In this document: one piece after another, positions 40,003 through 49,991 of the stretch | Numbering within the stretch: the stretch's first letter is position 1 | How the letters are laid out: each line of letters starts with the position of its first letter | Origin: an uncultured Planctomycetales bacterium | GTDB taxonomy: Bacteria > Omnitrophota > Gorgyraeia > Gygaellales > Profunditerraquicolaceae | Assembly (NCBI GenBank): GCA_964545575.1 | Contig: CAZJFL010000006.1 | Coordinates: forward strand, 25,721-89,720 | Length of the DNA: 64,000 bases | Reading direction: 5' to 3' | Notes under the pieces: model-generated | The model's database searches: none | What the model saw: only the letters and a program-made list of their open reading frames with translations | What the model was told of the DNA's origin: nothing | Program-made: the position numbers and the translations under genes

Positions 40003-41280
40003 ATGAGCAAAGATTATTTAGACAAGTTGCCGAAAGAGATTAATGATTTAGTTTATTTAGCCAGGGATATCTCTGCTAAAAACCATGTGCCGGTATATTT
40101 AGTAGGCGGGGTGGTCCGGGATTTAATTTTAGGGGTAAAAAACCTGGACTTAGATATAGTGGTTAGCGGGGACGGGATTAAGTTTGCGCGCCAGTTCTCT
40201 CTCGCCCTAAACGCCCGGATCGTCGAGCATGCCAGATTCGGCACGGCTACGGTTATGCTGCCGGATAATATAAAGGTAGATTTTGCCACAGCCAGAAAGG
40301 AAGTTTACCCCGAGCCCGCTCATCTGCCGCAGGTATCGGCCGGCACCTTAGAAGACGATCTGTATCGAAGGGACTTTACCATTAATGCCATGGCCATCGG
40401 CATAGGCGAAATAAACTTCGGAAAAATCATAGACTTTTTCTCCGGCAGATCCGATTTAAATAAGAAGAGGATACGCATATTGCATGATGCCAGTTTTATT
40501 GACGACCCTACGCGTATCTTAAGGGCAGTGCGTTTTGAAAAAAGATACAATTTCAAGATCGAGCCCGGGACGCTTCAATGCTTAAAGGAAGCGGTGGACC
40601 TGGAAATGTTAGAAAGGGTCCAGCCGCAGCGGTTACGCGACGAGATCATCCTCATCTTAAAAGAAAGAGAACCCCTAAAATATATCAGGCGCATAGACGA
40701 ATTATCGGGGTTGGATTTTATTAACCGGCATTTATTCCTTTCCCAGAAGGTCAATAATCTATTAAGCTCTGCGCAAAAAGAGATTATCTGGTTTAAAAAG
40801 ACATATCCAGAGCGCCGCCGGCTCGACACGTGGCTGGTCTATTTTCTGGCCCTGATGGAACCCTTGAGTATTAAGGAAGTTAAAGCGGTATGCGCAAAGT
40901 TCGTCTTTGGCGGCGGAGAAGAAAAAAGGATAATAAATTATAAAAAATTCGGCAGGTCGCCGGTTAAAGAATTGAGCCGCGCAAAAATCAGGCCGGCGCG
41001 GATTTTTGCTTTGCTTGAGCCTTTAAGCTATGAGGTGATTATAATCCTGAAGGCTAAATACGAGGCTGCTGTTTTTAAGAAACATGTCCGTGATTTTTTC
41101 GCAATCTATAACGGTATGCGTATCATGGCCAGGGGTGCCGATCTGCATAAATTAGGCGTTGCCCCCGGGCCTGATTACCAGAAAATCTTTGCCACAGTCT
41201 TGGAGGCAAAGCTTGCAGGCAGGGTGAGGACTAAAGAAGAAGAGTTAGCACTGATTAAGAGGCTGATAAGAAAGAAATGA
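40003..41280 (+). CDS. cca: Class II tRNA nucleotidyltransferase (CCA- or A-adding)
   Basis: VGGVVRD, DLD, RRDFTINA, DDPTRILR. Confidence 0.88.
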   Translation: MSKDYLDKLPKEINDLVYLARDISAKNHVPVYLVGGVVRDLILGVKNLDLDIVVSGDGIKFARQFSLALNARIVEHARFGTATVMLPDNIKVDFATARKEVYPEPAHLPQVSAGTLEDDLYRRDFTINAMAIGIGEINFGKIIDFFSGRSDLNKKRIRILHDASFIDDPTRILRAVRFEKRYNFKIEPGTLQCLKEAVDLEMLERVQPQRLRDEIILILKEREPLKYIRRIDELSGLDFINRHLFLSQKVNNLLSSAQKEIIWFKKTYPERRRLDTWLVYFLALMEPLSIKEVKAVCAKFVFGGGEEKRIINYKKFGRSPVKELSRAKIRPARIFALLEPLSYEVIIILKAKYEAAVFKKHVRDFFAIYNGMRIMARGADLHKLGVAPGPDYQKIFATVLEAKLAGRVRTKEEELALIKRLIRKK

Positions 41281-41312
41281 CCGTCGGCATATTGAAGATG
41301 GAGCTATCCTAA
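41277..41312 (+). pseudogene. 11-codon mini-ORF MTVGILKMELS, probable DUF503/YlxP remnant
   Basis: Resembles the DUF503 N-terminus, sits at its usual position before rbfA, overlaps both neighbours. Confidence 0.55.
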
Positions 41313-41689
41313 TGTCCAGGCACGATAAGGTAAAAGAAACGATTAAAAAAGAGGTCAGCAATATCATCCATGATGAGTTAAATGACCCGCGCCTGGGGTT
41401 TATTACGGTCACCGACGTGGAATTAAGCAAGGATATGCGTTACGCCAAGGTTTTTTTTAGTGTCCTAGGAAAAGATGAGGATTACCGGAAGTCTAAGCAG
41501 GCGTTAGATTCAGCCCTGGGTTTTATCCGCAAGTTAGTTGCCCAGAGGATAAGGCTCAGGTTCGCTCCGGAAATTTCTTTTCGGGAAGACCGTTCGGGAG
41601 AATACAGCATCCATATCCAGCAAGTTTTGGATGAGATAAAGGAGTTAAATGGGCCTGGCAAGAGCCGTAAGGCTAATAAAAAGAAGTAA
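41312..41689 (+). CDS. rbfA: Ribosome-binding factor A
   Basis: DPRLGFITVTDVELSKD, LRFAPEISF. Confidence 0.96.
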   Translation: MSRHDKVKETIKKEVSNIIHDELNDPRLGFITVTDVELSKDMRYAKVFFSVLGKDEDYRKSKQALDSALGFIRKLVAQRIRLRFAPEISFREDRSGEYSIHIQQVLDEIKELNGPGKSRKANKKK

Positions 41690-42620
41690 GTATTTCCTGA
41701 TTACTACCCACACTAATGCCGAAGGAGACGCGTTGGGTTCTCTTCTGGCATTCTATCGCTTAGTGCAGGCATTGGGGAAAAAGGCGGTGATGGTTACCGG
41801 CGATAAGGTTCCTTACGGGTATGATTTTATACCCGGGATAAATAAGGTCAGGAAGCTTAGCCCTAAATTAAGGCAGATTAAGTTTGACTGTTTTGTCGCT
41901 TTAGATTGTTCTGACCTGGCGCGCTGCGGTGGGGTGCGCGGATTAAATCAGGAGAAGAGGCCGGTCATTAATATCGACCACCACATTAGTAATGACAGGT
42001 TCGGCGATATCAACTGGGTCGAGCCGCACTGTTCTTCTACTTCCGAGATGATTTATCGGCTTTACAAGGAAATGCGCCTTCCCTATCGCCGAGATACGGC
42101 ATTGGCTTTGTATACGGGGATGATGACTGATACCGGGTCATTCCGTTATCCTAACACCACCAGTTTTACCCATCAGGCGGTGGCAGAACTTCTAAAATGC
42201 GGTTTAAATGTTACGGCAATACACAAAAGCGTATACGAAAATATACCGCTTCCGGATGCCAGGCTCTTAAGCAGGATACTGCCGGGGATGAAGGAGGAGT
42301 TAGGCGGAAAAATTATTTGGTTCGAGATCAAGCGGGGGCTGCTTAATAAAAGAAAACTTTCTTTTGATTTAAGCGATGAAGTCCTGGGGTTTGCCCGCGC
42401 CATAAAAGGGGTGGAGGTAGCGGTTTTATTTAAAGAGAACTTAAGTAGCTCCGGAGAAATACGGGTAAATTTCCGCTCGCAGGGTAAAATCGACGTGAAT
42501 AGGATCGCGCGCCATTTCGGAGGCGGAGGGCATAAGACAGCTAGCGGCTGCACTGTTAAGGGCAGTCTCGACAGCGTGCGTAGGAGAGTGCTACGCAGAG
42601 TTAAAGAAAATTTTAAATGA
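41649..42620 (+). CDS. nrnA: DHH family phosphoesterase (NrnA-like)
   Basis: IDHH, TDTGSF, GGGGH. Confidence 0.92.
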   Translation: MGLARAVRLIKRSKYFLITTHTNAEGDALGSLLAFYRLVQALGKKAVMVTGDKVPYGYDFIPGINKVRKLSPKLRQIKFDCFVALDCSDLARCGGVRGLNQEKRPVINIDHHISNDRFGDINWVEPHCSSTSEMIYRLYKEMRLPYRRDTALALYTGMMTDTGSFRYPNTTSFTHQAVAELLKCGLNVTAIHKSVYENIPLPDARLLSRILPGMKEELGGKIIWFEIKRGLLNKRKLSFDLSDEVLGFARAIKGVEVAVLFKENLSSSGEIRVNFRSQGKIDVNRIARHFGGGGHKTASGCTVKGSLDSVRRRVLRRVKENFK

Positions 42621-43549
42621 AAATTATACTGGGCGTAGCGAAGATCAGAAGAATCCCGAAGGCGGTGGTGGCACTGGGCGTATTTGACGGGGTGCACCGC
42701 GCGCACCGGGAAATACTGGAATACGCGGCGAGAGAGGCGCGGCGCATAAAAGGAAAGAGTGTGGCAGTGACTTTCTGGCCGCATCCGCAGCAAGAGGCGA
42801 GTTTATATTCCCTGAAGCACCGCCTGAAGTTAATCGAAGAAACAGGCGTGGATACCTCTATAGTCATCAGTTTCAACCGCCCCTTCGCCGGGATATCCGC
42901 CGAAAATTTCGTAAAAAATATTTTAGTCAAGAGGATCGGCGCGCAGTGCGTCTGCTGCGGAAAGAACTTTAGATTCGGCAAAGGCGCTAAGGGAAATTTT
43001 AACCTTCTAAAAAGGCTAGCGCATAAATATCATTTTAAGTTAAAGGCCTTCGAGGTGCTAAGAACAAAACATCTTCCCATCAGCAGCACCTCGATACGCC
43101 GGGCGATAAGCAGGGGAGACTTTAAGACGGCCAAGGTTTTGCTTTTAAGGCCGGTCAGCGTCTTAGGGACCGTGATCCGCGGTAGTTCTTTAGCCAAACG
43201 CTTAGGATTCCCCACGGCCAATATTAATCCGCACCATGAAGTGCTTCCTCCTTCGGGAGTTTATGCGGTAAAAATTATTTTTCAGCGCAAGACATTTAAG
43301 GGTATTTGCTACATCGGAAGCAAACCGACGTTTAAGCCGCATATCGCATATCGCATATCGCATATCGCAAAAGAAAGACATATCGAAGTGCACATTTTTA
43401 ATTTTAAGCGCAGGATTTACGGAAAAGATTTAGAGATACAGTTTATCCGCAAGATCAGAAATGAGAAAAAATTCGCCTCTCTGGCGCGATTAGCCTGCCA
43501 GATCAAAAAAGACGTTTTCTTAGCCAAAAAGCTGCTTTCCCTCCCCTAA
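42617..43549 (+). CDS. ribF: Bifunctional riboflavin kinase/FAD synthetase
   Basis: GVFDGVHRAH, ISSTSIR, GFPTAN, PTF..EVH. Confidence 0.96.
   Translation: MKIILGVAKIRRIPKAVVALGVFDGVHRAHREILEYAAREARRIKGKSVAVTFWPHPQQEASLYSLKHRLKLIEETGVDTSIVISFNRPFAGISAENFVKNILVKRIGAQCVCCGKNFRFGKGAKGNFNLLKRLAHKYHFKLKAFEVLRTKHLPISSTSIRRAISRGDFKTAKVLLLRPVSVLGTVIRGSSLAKRLGFPTANINPHHEVLPPSGVYAVKIIFQRKTFKGICYIGSKPTFKPHIAYRISHIAKERHIEVHIFNFKRRIYGKDLEIQFIRKIRNEKKFASLARLACQIKKDVFLAKKLLSLP
43338..43369 (+). repeat. (CGCATAT)x4.5 heptamer repeat inside ribF
   Basis: Read directly; encodes HIAYRISHIA. Confidence 0.9.
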
Positions 43550-43629
43550 GTTATACCACAAGCGCTGCCTTTTATTATCCCCTCTCAATACTACCCGTTG
43601 TATTTTATATAGTTAGATAAAATTTTATC

Positions 43630-43695
43630 TTGACAAAAGAACAATTTTTATTTATACTCTGACTACAAAGTGGTTAAAAGTGGTTTAAAGTGGAG
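43630..43695 (+). promoter_or_regulatory. dcw promoter and MraZ boxes
   Basis: TTGACA-17-TATACT followed by AAAGTGG x3 at 10-bp spacing. Confidence 0.88.
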
Positions 43696-43769
43696 AACCG
43701 CAAAAACGCGAAAATCCGCAAAGACGCAAAGATTTTGCGGTTTAGCGGTTATTTTGCGGTTTAGCGATT
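43696..43769. repeat. Inverted arrays of about 8-nt repeats in the mraZ leader
   Basis: AACCGCAA-like units followed by TTGCGGTT/TAGCGGTT units. Confidence 0.75.
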
Positions 43770-43771
43770 AA

Positions 43772-44209
43772 ATGTTCTATGGTGAGTATTTACATTCCAT
43801 AGACCGCAAGGGCCGCCTGATCTTGCCCGCCAAATTTCGCGAGGTCACCAAAACTAATTTTATCGAGAGATTTTTTGTCACCCGAGGTCTGGATAAATGC
43901 CTTTTTATGTTTTCCGAAGAAGAATGGCGTTCGCAGGAAAGCAAATTTAAAGCCATATCTTTTACCAAGCAGCAGGCGCGCACTTTTAACCGCCTTTATT
44001 TTTCCGGGGCGGTAGAGGTTTCTCCCGACAGGCAGGGAAGGATTTTATTGCCGCAGTACCTTAAAGACTTTGCCGAGATAAAAAAGGATGTGATGATCGT
44101 CGGGGTCTCTAACCGGATAGAAATCTGGGCAAAGGATAAATGGAGCGAGTTTTACGGCACTTCCCGGCAGTCTTTCGAGGAGATTGCCGAGAAGTTAATG
44201 GACGTCTGA
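43772..44209 (+). CDS. mraZ: Transcriptional regulator MraZ
   Basis: DRKGR and DRQGR motifs, IEIW. Confidence 0.97.
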   Translation: MFYGEYLHSIDRKGRLILPAKFREVTKTNFIERFFVTRGLDKCLFMFSEEEWRSQESKFKAISFTKQQARTFNRLYFSGAVEVSPDRQGRILLPQYLKDFAEIKKDVMIVGVSNRIEIWAKDKWSEFYGTSRQSFEEIAEKLMDV

Positions 44210-44228
44210 TTTTTTAGATAGGTTTTTC

Positions 44229-45128
44229 ATGGTAGAGAAACTTCATACTCCTGTGATGCTACAGGAGGTTTTAGCTTATTTAAATTTAGGCCCGGGGAAG
44301 ATCATCCTGGATGCTACCGTTGGTACGGGAGGGCATGCCGAAGAAATCTTAAAGCGTATTTCTCCCGGAGGCAGGCTGATCGGTATTGACCGGGACCGGG
44401 AATCTTTAAGCGTTGCTAAAGAGAGGTTAAGCAGATTTGGCAGCGCCTGCGAGCTGGTGCACGGCAACTTTCTGGATATCGATAGCATATTAAAAGGGTT
44501 AAAGATTAAAAAAGTGGATGGTGTCCTTTTTGATTTAGGTATTTCTTCTTTTCAGCTGGAAGACCCCCAAAGGGGTTTTAGCTTTCAGCAGGAGGGGCCG
44601 CTGGATATGCGTATGGACAGAGAAAGTTACATCTCTGCTTACGACCTGTTAAATAACCTTAACGAAGAAGAGATTTCTGCGCTGCTCTGGAACTTCGGGC
44701 AGGAGAGATGGCACAACCGCATTGCCCGCCTGTTGGTCAGTGAAAGAGAAAGGCACCCCATTTCTACCACCGCCGAATTATCCAGTATCGCCGTCAGGGC
44801 GACGCCCTATAAATACCGGCATTACCGTATTCATCCGGCAACGCGCACCTTTCAGGCGGTGCGTATCGCGGTTAACCGGGAGCTGGAGACTCTCGAGATC
44901 GCCCTGCGTAAAGCCACAGAACTGTTAGCTAAAGCCGGCAGGATTTGCGTAATTTCATTCCACTCCCTGGAAGACCGGATAGTCAAAATCAGTTTTAAAG
45001 AGTTCGCCCGCGAGGGCTTAATCAAAATAATCACCCCTAAGCCATTGACGCCGGGTTTAGCCGAGATCGAGGATAATCCTTCCAGCCGCAGCAGCAAATT
45101 CAGGGTTGCAGAGAAGGTATTAAGATGA
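44229..45128 (+). CDS. rsmH: 16S rRNA m4C1402 methyltransferase
   Basis: HTPVML, PLDMRMD, SFHSLEDRIVK. Confidence 0.97.
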   Translation: MVEKLHTPVMLQEVLAYLNLGPGKIILDATVGTGGHAEEILKRISPGGRLIGIDRDRESLSVAKERLSRFGSACELVHGNFLDIDSILKGLKIKKVDGVLFDLGISSFQLEDPQRGFSFQQEGPLDMRMDRESYISAYDLLNNLNEEEISALLWNFGQERWHNRIARLLVSERERHPISTTAELSSIAVRATPYKYRHYRIHPATRTFQAVRIAVNRELETLEIALRKATELLAKAGRICVISFHSLEDRIVKISFKEFAREGLIKIITPKPLTPGLAEIEDNPSSRSSKFRVAEKVLR

Positions 45129-45493
45129 GGATACCTAAATTTTTATCGGTCATTACTTTAGTCACAGCGCTCTGCCTCCTGCATGTTTATCAGCAGACAG
45201 AGATATTCCGCTTTGCCTATGCCGGTCAGAAGAAGCTTACGGCGATGCAGGATTTACTTGATAAAAACGTTATCCTAAGATACAATATAGAAAAGAATAC
45301 TTCTTTGGTACGCCTCGGCAGCAGGATGTCCGAGTCTAGTGATTTCCAGATGCCCGAGACGTACCGCTTGGTCAGGTTAGAGCGGCCTAGGGGCGCGGTA
45401 ATGGCTGCTAAGCCCATAGCTAATAAAGAGAATATATTTGCTCGTCTCTTCGGTGTAACCAGACAAGCCGAAGCAAAAACCATAACTCCCTAA
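45125..45493 (+). CDS. FtsL-like cell division protein
   Basis: TM plus coiled coil between rsmH and ftsI. Confidence 0.6.
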   Translation: MRIPKFLSVITLVTALCLLHVYQQTEIFRFAYAGQKKLTAMQDLLDKNVILRYNIEKNTSLVRLGSRMSESSDFQMPETYRLVRLERPRGAVMAAKPIANKENIFARLFGVTRQAEAKTITP

Positions 45494-45505
45494 AATTAAA
45501 TAATT

Positions 45506-47227
45506 GTGTATATCAGCAGTTACCGCCGCAGGGTCTATGCGGTGTTCTTATGCTTTTTTCTTATCTTAACCTTAAGCATCGCCCGCCTGTTTTTTGTCCA
45601 GTTTTTCCGTTCCAGCTACCTGAAAAATATCGCCCAGAAGCAGCATAACCTGTTTGTGGAATTAGAGCCGCGGCGCGGGACTATCTATGATATCAACTTG
45701 AGGCCGCAGGCGGTAAATGTTTCCGCGGATTCGCTCTATGCCTGCCCCGGTGACATAGACGATAAGGATAAAGAAACGCTGATCAAGCGGTTATCGCCGA
45801 TATTAAAAGTAAATGATAGCTACTTAAGGGAGCGTTTATTCCGTAAAAAGGCTTTTGTCTGGCTGGCCAGAAAAGTAGACCCCACACAGAGCGAAGCAAT
45901 CAGAAATTTGAAGCTTAAGGGCATTGATTTCTTAAAAGAAAGCAAACGTTGCTATCCGAACGGGTATCTCGCCAGCCACGTGATCGGTTTCGCGGGGCTG
46001 GACAACAAGGGGCTGGAAGGAGCGGAATTATATTACGATAAATACCTGATAGGGGAAGCCGGCTGGGAGATGTTTTTGCGGGATGCCCGCCAGAAAAAAC
46101 TGGATTTGCGGGAGAAGATGCTCTTGCCCAAAGATGGCTATGATCTGGTGCTGACTATTGACGAGGTAATCCAGTATATTGCCGAACGCGAGGTGGAGAA
46201 GGCTTTCAGGGTGTATCATGCCAAAGGCGCAATCATTATCGTGATGAATCCTTATACCGGAGAGATACTGGCGATGGCAGATCGGCCCACCTATGATCTG
46301 AATGATTATGGCATAGCAGAGAAAGATACCAAGCGTAACCGCGCGATCTCGGATTTATTTGAGCCGGGATCGGTATTTAAGATTGTTACTGCCTCCGCGG
46401 CGATAGAAGAGAAAAAAGTAAGTGAGGAGGATAAATTCTTTTGCGAAAACGGGACATATCAAGTGGGGCCGCACATACTTCACGATCATCGCCCGCACGG
46501 CTGGCTTACTTTCCGGGAGGTTATCGAGCAGTCCAGTAATATCGGCACCACCAAAGTCGCTCAGGTTTTAGGTAATGACAGTATCTACCGTTACGTTAAA
46601 CTTTTTGGTTTTGGCACCAAGACCGGTATAGGGCTGCCGGGTGAGATTTCGGGGATGATAAAGGAGCCGCGCGCATGGTCTAAAATATCCATCGCTGCCA
46701 TACCCATCGGCCAGGAAATAGGGGTGACTGCTTTACAGTTAGCTGCAGCCATCTCAGTCATCGCCAACGGCGGCCAACTGGTAAAACCCTGCATCGTAAA
46801 AGAAATCCGGGATAAATACGGAGAGAATATTAAGAAATTTTCGCCCGTCGTAGTACGCAGAACCATATCCGGTAATACCGCTCTCCGGGTCAAGAAGATA
46901 CTTACCGGAGTGGTGGAGAACGGCACGGGAAAGCTGGCTAAAGTGCCGGGTTTTAGCGCCGCAGGTAAGACCGGGACAGGGCAGAAATTAGAGCCCAATG
47001 GTACTTATTCGCATAATAAATTCATGGCTTCTTTTATCGGTTTTGCGCCCGCAGAAAATCCGGTGGTCGCCATAGCCGTAATACTTGATGAGCCGCACCC
47101 CTATTACGGAGGAGTGGTGGCGGCTCCGGTATTTAAGAACGTGGCCCGCGACACCCTGCTTTATCTAAAGGCCAGGCAGCTGCCTGGCGAGGTTATTGCG
47201 CTGAATGAGACTAAAAGAGCTAATTAA
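45506..47227 (+). CDS. ftsI: Class B penicillin-binding protein
   Basis: SVFK, SSN and KTG motifs; dcw position. Confidence 0.93.
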   Translation: MYISSYRRRVYAVFLCFFLILTLSIARLFFVQFFRSSYLKNIAQKQHNLFVELEPRRGTIYDINLRPQAVNVSADSLYACPGDIDDKDKETLIKRLSPILKVNDSYLRERLFRKKAFVWLARKVDPTQSEAIRNLKLKGIDFLKESKRCYPNGYLASHVIGFAGLDNKGLEGAELYYDKYLIGEAGWEMFLRDARQKKLDLREKMLLPKDGYDLVLTIDEVIQYIAEREVEKAFRVYHAKGAIIIVMNPYTGEILAMADRPTYDLNDYGIAEKDTKRNRAISDLFEPGSVFKIVTASAAIEEKKVSEEDKFFCENGTYQVGPHILHDHRPHGWLTFREVIEQSSNIGTTKVAQVLGNDSIYRYVKLFGFGTKTGIGLPGEISGMIKEPRAWSKISIAAIPIGQEIGVTALQLAAAISVIANGGQLVKPCIVKEIRDKYGENIKKFSPVVVRRTISGNTALRVKKILTGVVENGTGKLAKVPGFSAAGKTGTGQKLEPNGTYSHNKFMASFIGFAPAENPVVAIAVILDEPHPYYGGVVAAPVFKNVARDTLLYLKARQLPGEVIALNETKRAN

Positions 47228-48653
47228 AAGCCTCGGGGATTATCAGTCCGGCCCTTTGGAAGATTTCCAGGTTAAAGGGATCGGCTGCGATTCTAAAAAG
47301 ATCTCGGACGGTTTTATTTTTATCGCCATCAAAGGCACGGCTAGAGACGGGCACAGGTTTATTCAAGAGGCGATAAAAAAAGGCGCGGGGGCGGTAATAG
47401 CAGAGGAGCCGCAAGCCTCGGTTAAAAATCTTATTATAGTTAATGATACGCGCCGGGCTCTGGCTAAATTAGCCGCGGCATTTTACGGTTACCCCGCGCG
47501 TAAAATAAAAATAATCGGCATCACCGGCACCAACGGTAAAACCACTGTTTCGTACCTGGTGGAAAAGATGTTAAAAGAAGCGGGGGCAGGAGTTGCGGTG
47601 ATCGGCACGATCAATTACCGTTTCAAAGACAAAGTTATCCCCGCCAAGAATACCACCCCCGGCCCGATAGAAATCCAGTCGCTGTTGGCGGATATGCGCC
47701 AAAGCGGCGTTCAGTACGCAGTGATGGAAGTTTCTTCACATGCCCTTGATCAGAATAGGATAGAGGGAATAGATTTCAGTTCTGCGATATTCACCAATCT
47801 TACTCAGGACCACCTGGATTACCACCTGACTTTAGAAAACTACTTTTTAGCTAAGGCAAAGTTATTTCAGGGGCTTAGCCCGCAGGCCTTTGCCGTGCTG
47901 AATAACGATGACCCTTATTCAGAGAGGCTAAAAAAGATGACCCGGGCAAAGATAGTTACTTATGCTATAGAGAAGAAAGCAGACCTGGCGGCAGGCCAGA
48001 TACAGATGGATATGTCGGCAACGACTTTTTCGCTGGGTTACCGCCAGGCAAAGATGTTAGGAAGGGTGAGTCTGATCGGCAAGCATAATGTCTATAATCT
48101 CTTAGCCGCCGTTGCCTGGGGGCTTACGGAAGGGTTAGATCCGGAAATAATTAAATCTGCCCTGGAAAAATTCGGGGTTGTCCCCGGCAGGCTGCAAAGA
48201 ATAGATTGTCCAAATGGGTTCTCGGTTTTTGTGGATTACGCCCATACGGAAGATGCGCTGACCAGCGTGATTAAAACATTAAGGCAATTATCTAAAAAAA
48301 GGATTATTGTGGTCTTTGGCTGCGGAGGAGAACGCGATAAGACCAAACGGTCTAAGATGGGCCGCGCGGTTTCTGAATTAGCGGATTTTGCGATTATCAC
48401 CAGCGATAATCCCCGCTCGGAAGAGCCTCTTTCGATCATCGAAGATATCAAGCAGGGGATCAGCAAAAATAATTATTGCGTGATTCCGGAACGCAGGGAT
48501 GCGATCCGGGAGTCTTTGTCTATGGCCAAGCCGCAAGATATTGTTTTAGTGGCGGGCAAAGGCCATGAGAACTGCCAGATATTAAAAGATAAAACCATAC
48601 CTTTTGACGACTCCGAGGTGGTAAAAGAATGTTTACGCTCAATGAATTATTAA
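47205..48653 (+). CDS. murE: MurE ligase (DAP type)
   Basis: GTNGKTT, DYAHT, DNPR. Confidence 0.96.
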   Translation: MRLKELIKSLGDYQSGPLEDFQVKGIGCDSKKISDGFIFIAIKGTARDGHRFIQEAIKKGAGAVIAEEPQASVKNLIIVNDTRRALAKLAAAFYGYPARKIKIIGITGTNGKTTVSYLVEKMLKEAGAGVAVIGTINYRFKDKVIPAKNTTPGPIEIQSLLADMRQSGVQYAVMEVSSHALDQNRIEGIDFSSAIFTNLTQDHLDYHLTLENYFLAKAKLFQGLSPQAFAVLNNDDPYSERLKKMTRAKIVTYAIEKKADLAAGQIQMDMSATTFSLGYRQAKMLGRVSLIGKHNVYNLLAAVAWGLTEGLDPEIIKSALEKFGVVPGRLQRIDCPNGFSVFVDYAHTEDALTSVIKTLRQLSKKRIIVVFGCGGERDKTKRSKMGRAVSELADFAIITSDNPRSEEPLSIIEDIKQGISKNNYCVIPERRDAIRESLSMAKPQDIVLVAGKGHENCQILKDKTIPFDDSEVVKECLRSMNY

Positions 48654-49990
48654 AGGCTACCGGCGGAAAATTAATCCGGGGCGCAAGCGATAGCCCGATC
48701 AGGGGCATTTCCATAGATTCAAGGACCCTCAAGCCGCAGGAGGCGTTTATCGCGATAAAAGGGATTAATTTTGACGGCCATGATTTTATCCCGGAAGCAA
48801 TCAATAGGGGGGCATCCTGCGTGATAAAAAACAGGCAAAGTAAGACTAAAGGCGCGTTGCCGGTTGCCTTGTTAGAAGTTAAAGATACGCTGCTGGCTTT
48901 AGGCGATATTGCGCGTTTTCAGCGCAGGAAGTTTAATCTTCCGGTTATCGCGGTTACGGGGAGTAACGGAAAAACTACCGCTAAGGAGATGATTGCAGAA
49001 GTTCTTTCTGTAAAATTCAGGGTACTTAAAAACCCGGGGACCAAGAATAATCAAATCGGTCTTCCGATGACCCTGCTGAATTTAAGCGCCGGCTACGATA
49101 TGGCAGTTTTAGAAATCGGGACCAACCATTTTGGCGAAGTAGATTATTTAAGCAGGATCTGCCTGCCGAATATAGGCGTGATTACTAATATCGGGCCGGC
49201 GCATCTGGAATATCTTAATGATTTAAAGGGCGTATTCCGGGAGAAATGCGCTTTGCTGAAGAACCTAAAGAGGCCTGCCCTGGCTATCCTGAATGCCGAC
49301 GATAAGCTGTTAAAAAAAGAGCTCTGCCGTAAAACTAAAGGATCCATAGTATTGGGATTCGGCACCAGGCAGAAGAGCGATTTTTTCGCCTCGGATATCA
49401 GGTCTAAAGCCGGAAGAACCGAATTTTTGCTCCGGAAGAAGCATAGGTTCGCGTTAAATACCGCAGGGTATCATAATATCTATAATGCCCTGATTGCGAT
49501 AGGCATAGGCCGTATTTTCGGTTTAAGTTATCCTGGAATTTCCGCCAGCTTATCGGGTTTTACTTTTCCCGAGGGCAGGCTTAACCTCAAGACGATAAAT
49601 AACCTCACCTTTCTTGACGATACCTATAACTCCAATCCTTTTTCTTTAGAGCAGGCGCTTTCTGCCTTGGCCGGCCTGAAGCCGAAGGGGAGAAAAATTT
49701 TTGTGATGGGCGACATGTTTGAATTGGGCAAAGACCGCGAACTATTCCACAGACGCCCGGCCAAAATTATAGCTAAGGCCTGCGATGTATTCATTGCCGC
49801 GGGAAAACTCTCTAAACTGACGGCAAAGGCGCTTGCATCAGGCGGTTTCCCGGCTAAAAATATATTCACCTGCGAAACCGCTTCCGAGGCGCGCGATATT
49901 TTATTTAAGAAGATATCTCCCCGGAGAAATGATATAATATTAGTGAAGGGATCGCGCTTGATGAAGATGGAGGAGGTCTTAAGAACCTAA
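48629..49990 (+). CDS. murF: MurF ligase
   Basis: GSNGKTT, DDTYNSNP, VKGSR. Confidence 0.96.
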   Translation: MFTLNELLKATGGKLIRGASDSPIRGISIDSRTLKPQEAFIAIKGINFDGHDFIPEAINRGASCVIKNRQSKTKGALPVALLEVKDTLLALGDIARFQRRKFNLPVIAVTGSNGKTTAKEMIAEVLSVKFRVLKNPGTKNNQIGLPMTLLNLSAGYDMAVLEIGTNHFGEVDYLSRICLPNIGVITNIGPAHLEYLNDLKGVFREKCALLKNLKRPALAILNADDKLLKKELCRKTKGSIVLGFGTRQKSDFFASDIRSKAGRTEFLLRKKHRFALNTAGYHNIYNALIAIGIGRIFGLSYPGISASLSGFTFPEGRLNLKTINNLTFLDDTYNSNPFSLEQALSALAGLKPKGRKIFVMGDMFELGKDRELFHRRPAKIIAKACDVFIAAGKLSKLTAKALASGGFPAKNIFTCETASEARDILFKKISPRRNDIILVKGSRLMKMEEVLRT

Positions 49991-49991
49991 G

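Noticed and set aside
43667-43695. AAAGTGG x3 as a novel repeat
   Set aside because: It matches established MraZ operator boxes
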